Positions 62,681 to 64,000 of a DNA stretch of 64,000 bases are shown piece by piece; within the stretch, counting starts at the first letter, position 1, and each line of letters opens with the position of its first letter. The notes below the pieces were generated by a model. That model made no database searches and had not been told where the DNA came from. It saw nothing but the letters and a program-made list of their open reading frames with translations. The translations under genes were made by a program, and so were the position numbers. The DNA comes from Octopus vulgaris (taxonomy: Eukaryota): positions 111,104,001 through 111,168,000 of the forward strand of contig OX597814.1 in assembly GCA_951406725.2 (NCBI GenBank). The letters are read 5' to 3'.

Positions 62681-63057
62681 AATACATATCTTTCTCAGTT
62701 ATAGTTTTTACACTTGAAGTACAGTATAAATGTTGTATAAAATCTGTTTGTTTGACAGTCTCTTCTATAATAACCTCACCAATTGTCGTTCTTTTGTCTA
62801 TTTGTTTGTTAATCGAAATACATTTCAACATTAATTTTCGTATTTATAACCATTTCTTCTTGAAATATTGCAGTATACCCCCCGGTATATCCAGTTTATC
62901 CATTACCAGTGATACCAAGGTATCCTTATCCATACAGTTATCCAAGTTTTCCTTTTTCGGAGCAGTCTGACTCTCCTGACAGTAAGTATCCAGGTTATGT
63001 GAATATTTTTGAGTAGTATAGTAGAAATACATTACTTTCATTGTATATTCATGTTTA

Positions 63058-63290
63058 GAGGAGAGCTGGCTGAAATGTTAGCACGCAGGGCGAAATGCTT
63101 AGGGGTATTTCATCTGTCTTTACGTTCTGAGTTCAAATTCTGCCGAGGTTGACTTTGCCTTTCATCCTTTTGGGGTCAATTAAATAAGTACCAGTTACGC
63201 ACTGGGGTCGATATAATCAACTTAATCCGTTTGTCTGTCCTTGTTTGTCCTCTCTGTGTTTAGCCCCTTGTGTGTAGTAAAGAAATATGT
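63058..63290 (+). mobile_element. SINE family B
   Basis: GAGCTGGCTGAAATGTTAGCACG...GAGTTCAAATTC...GACTTTGCCTTTCATCCT; an inverted sibling lies at 63360-63467. Confidence 0.85.
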
Positions 63291-63512
63291 ATATTCATGT
63301 TTAGAGGATTCAAATCTGTAGTGATGTCAGTATGTGACAAATTACAATTGCATGCAAGAAAGAGGGGTCAAGTTGACCTTGGTGGAATTTGAACTCAGAA
63401 CATAAAGACGGGTGAAATATCGCTTAGCATTTTGCCTGATGTGCTAATGATTCTGCCAGCTTACCACCATAATAATAGTAATAGTAGTAGTAGCACTACT
63501 ACTACTACTACT

Positions 63513-63879
<367 letters not shown>

Positions 63880-64000
63880 GAATCTCATTAGAATAATCAG
63901 AAGTGGTTAATGATTTCTAAGATAAGAAGAAACAGTATTTACCATTCTGTTTTAAGAAATGTAAGAACAGGAAACTAAAGTTGACAAGATCAACATTTAC

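Noticed and set aside
62680-63050. Coding-like minus-strand segment
   Set aside because: Interrupted by stops with no diagnostic motif; cannot be assigned.

Overview
Eukaryotic, AT-rich, repeat-saturated DNA, almost certainly from an octopod cephalopod. This is inferred from the SINE set, the RTE-clade LINEs and the dense (TA)/(CA)/(AAC) microsatellites. No intact, recognisable host protein-coding gene is present, and most long ORFs in the track are microsatellite artefacts. Mobile elements: two 5'-truncated RTE LINEs with a PHD-like C4HC3 finger and 67-bp 3'-UTR tandem arrays; CR1, R4/Dong and Hero-like LINE remnants; a full-length but frameshifted mariner plus mariner and pogo MITEs; a dimeric piggyBac-type MITE at three loci; Helitron and Helentron non-autonomous elements; three tRNA-head SINE families. 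A candidate promoter/first exon lies at about 17.1-17.6 kb, with a speculative minus-strand spliced transcript. The most unusual signal is a dense set of non-coding fold-back palindromes, about ten of 0.12-1.5 kb in at least two multi-copy families. About six degenerate minimal hammerhead-ribozyme motifs (CTGANGA...GAAA-palindromic stem III-UH) occur alongside them. Together these suggest families of non-autonomous Penelope-like/retrozyme-like elements and a rich source of dsRNA.
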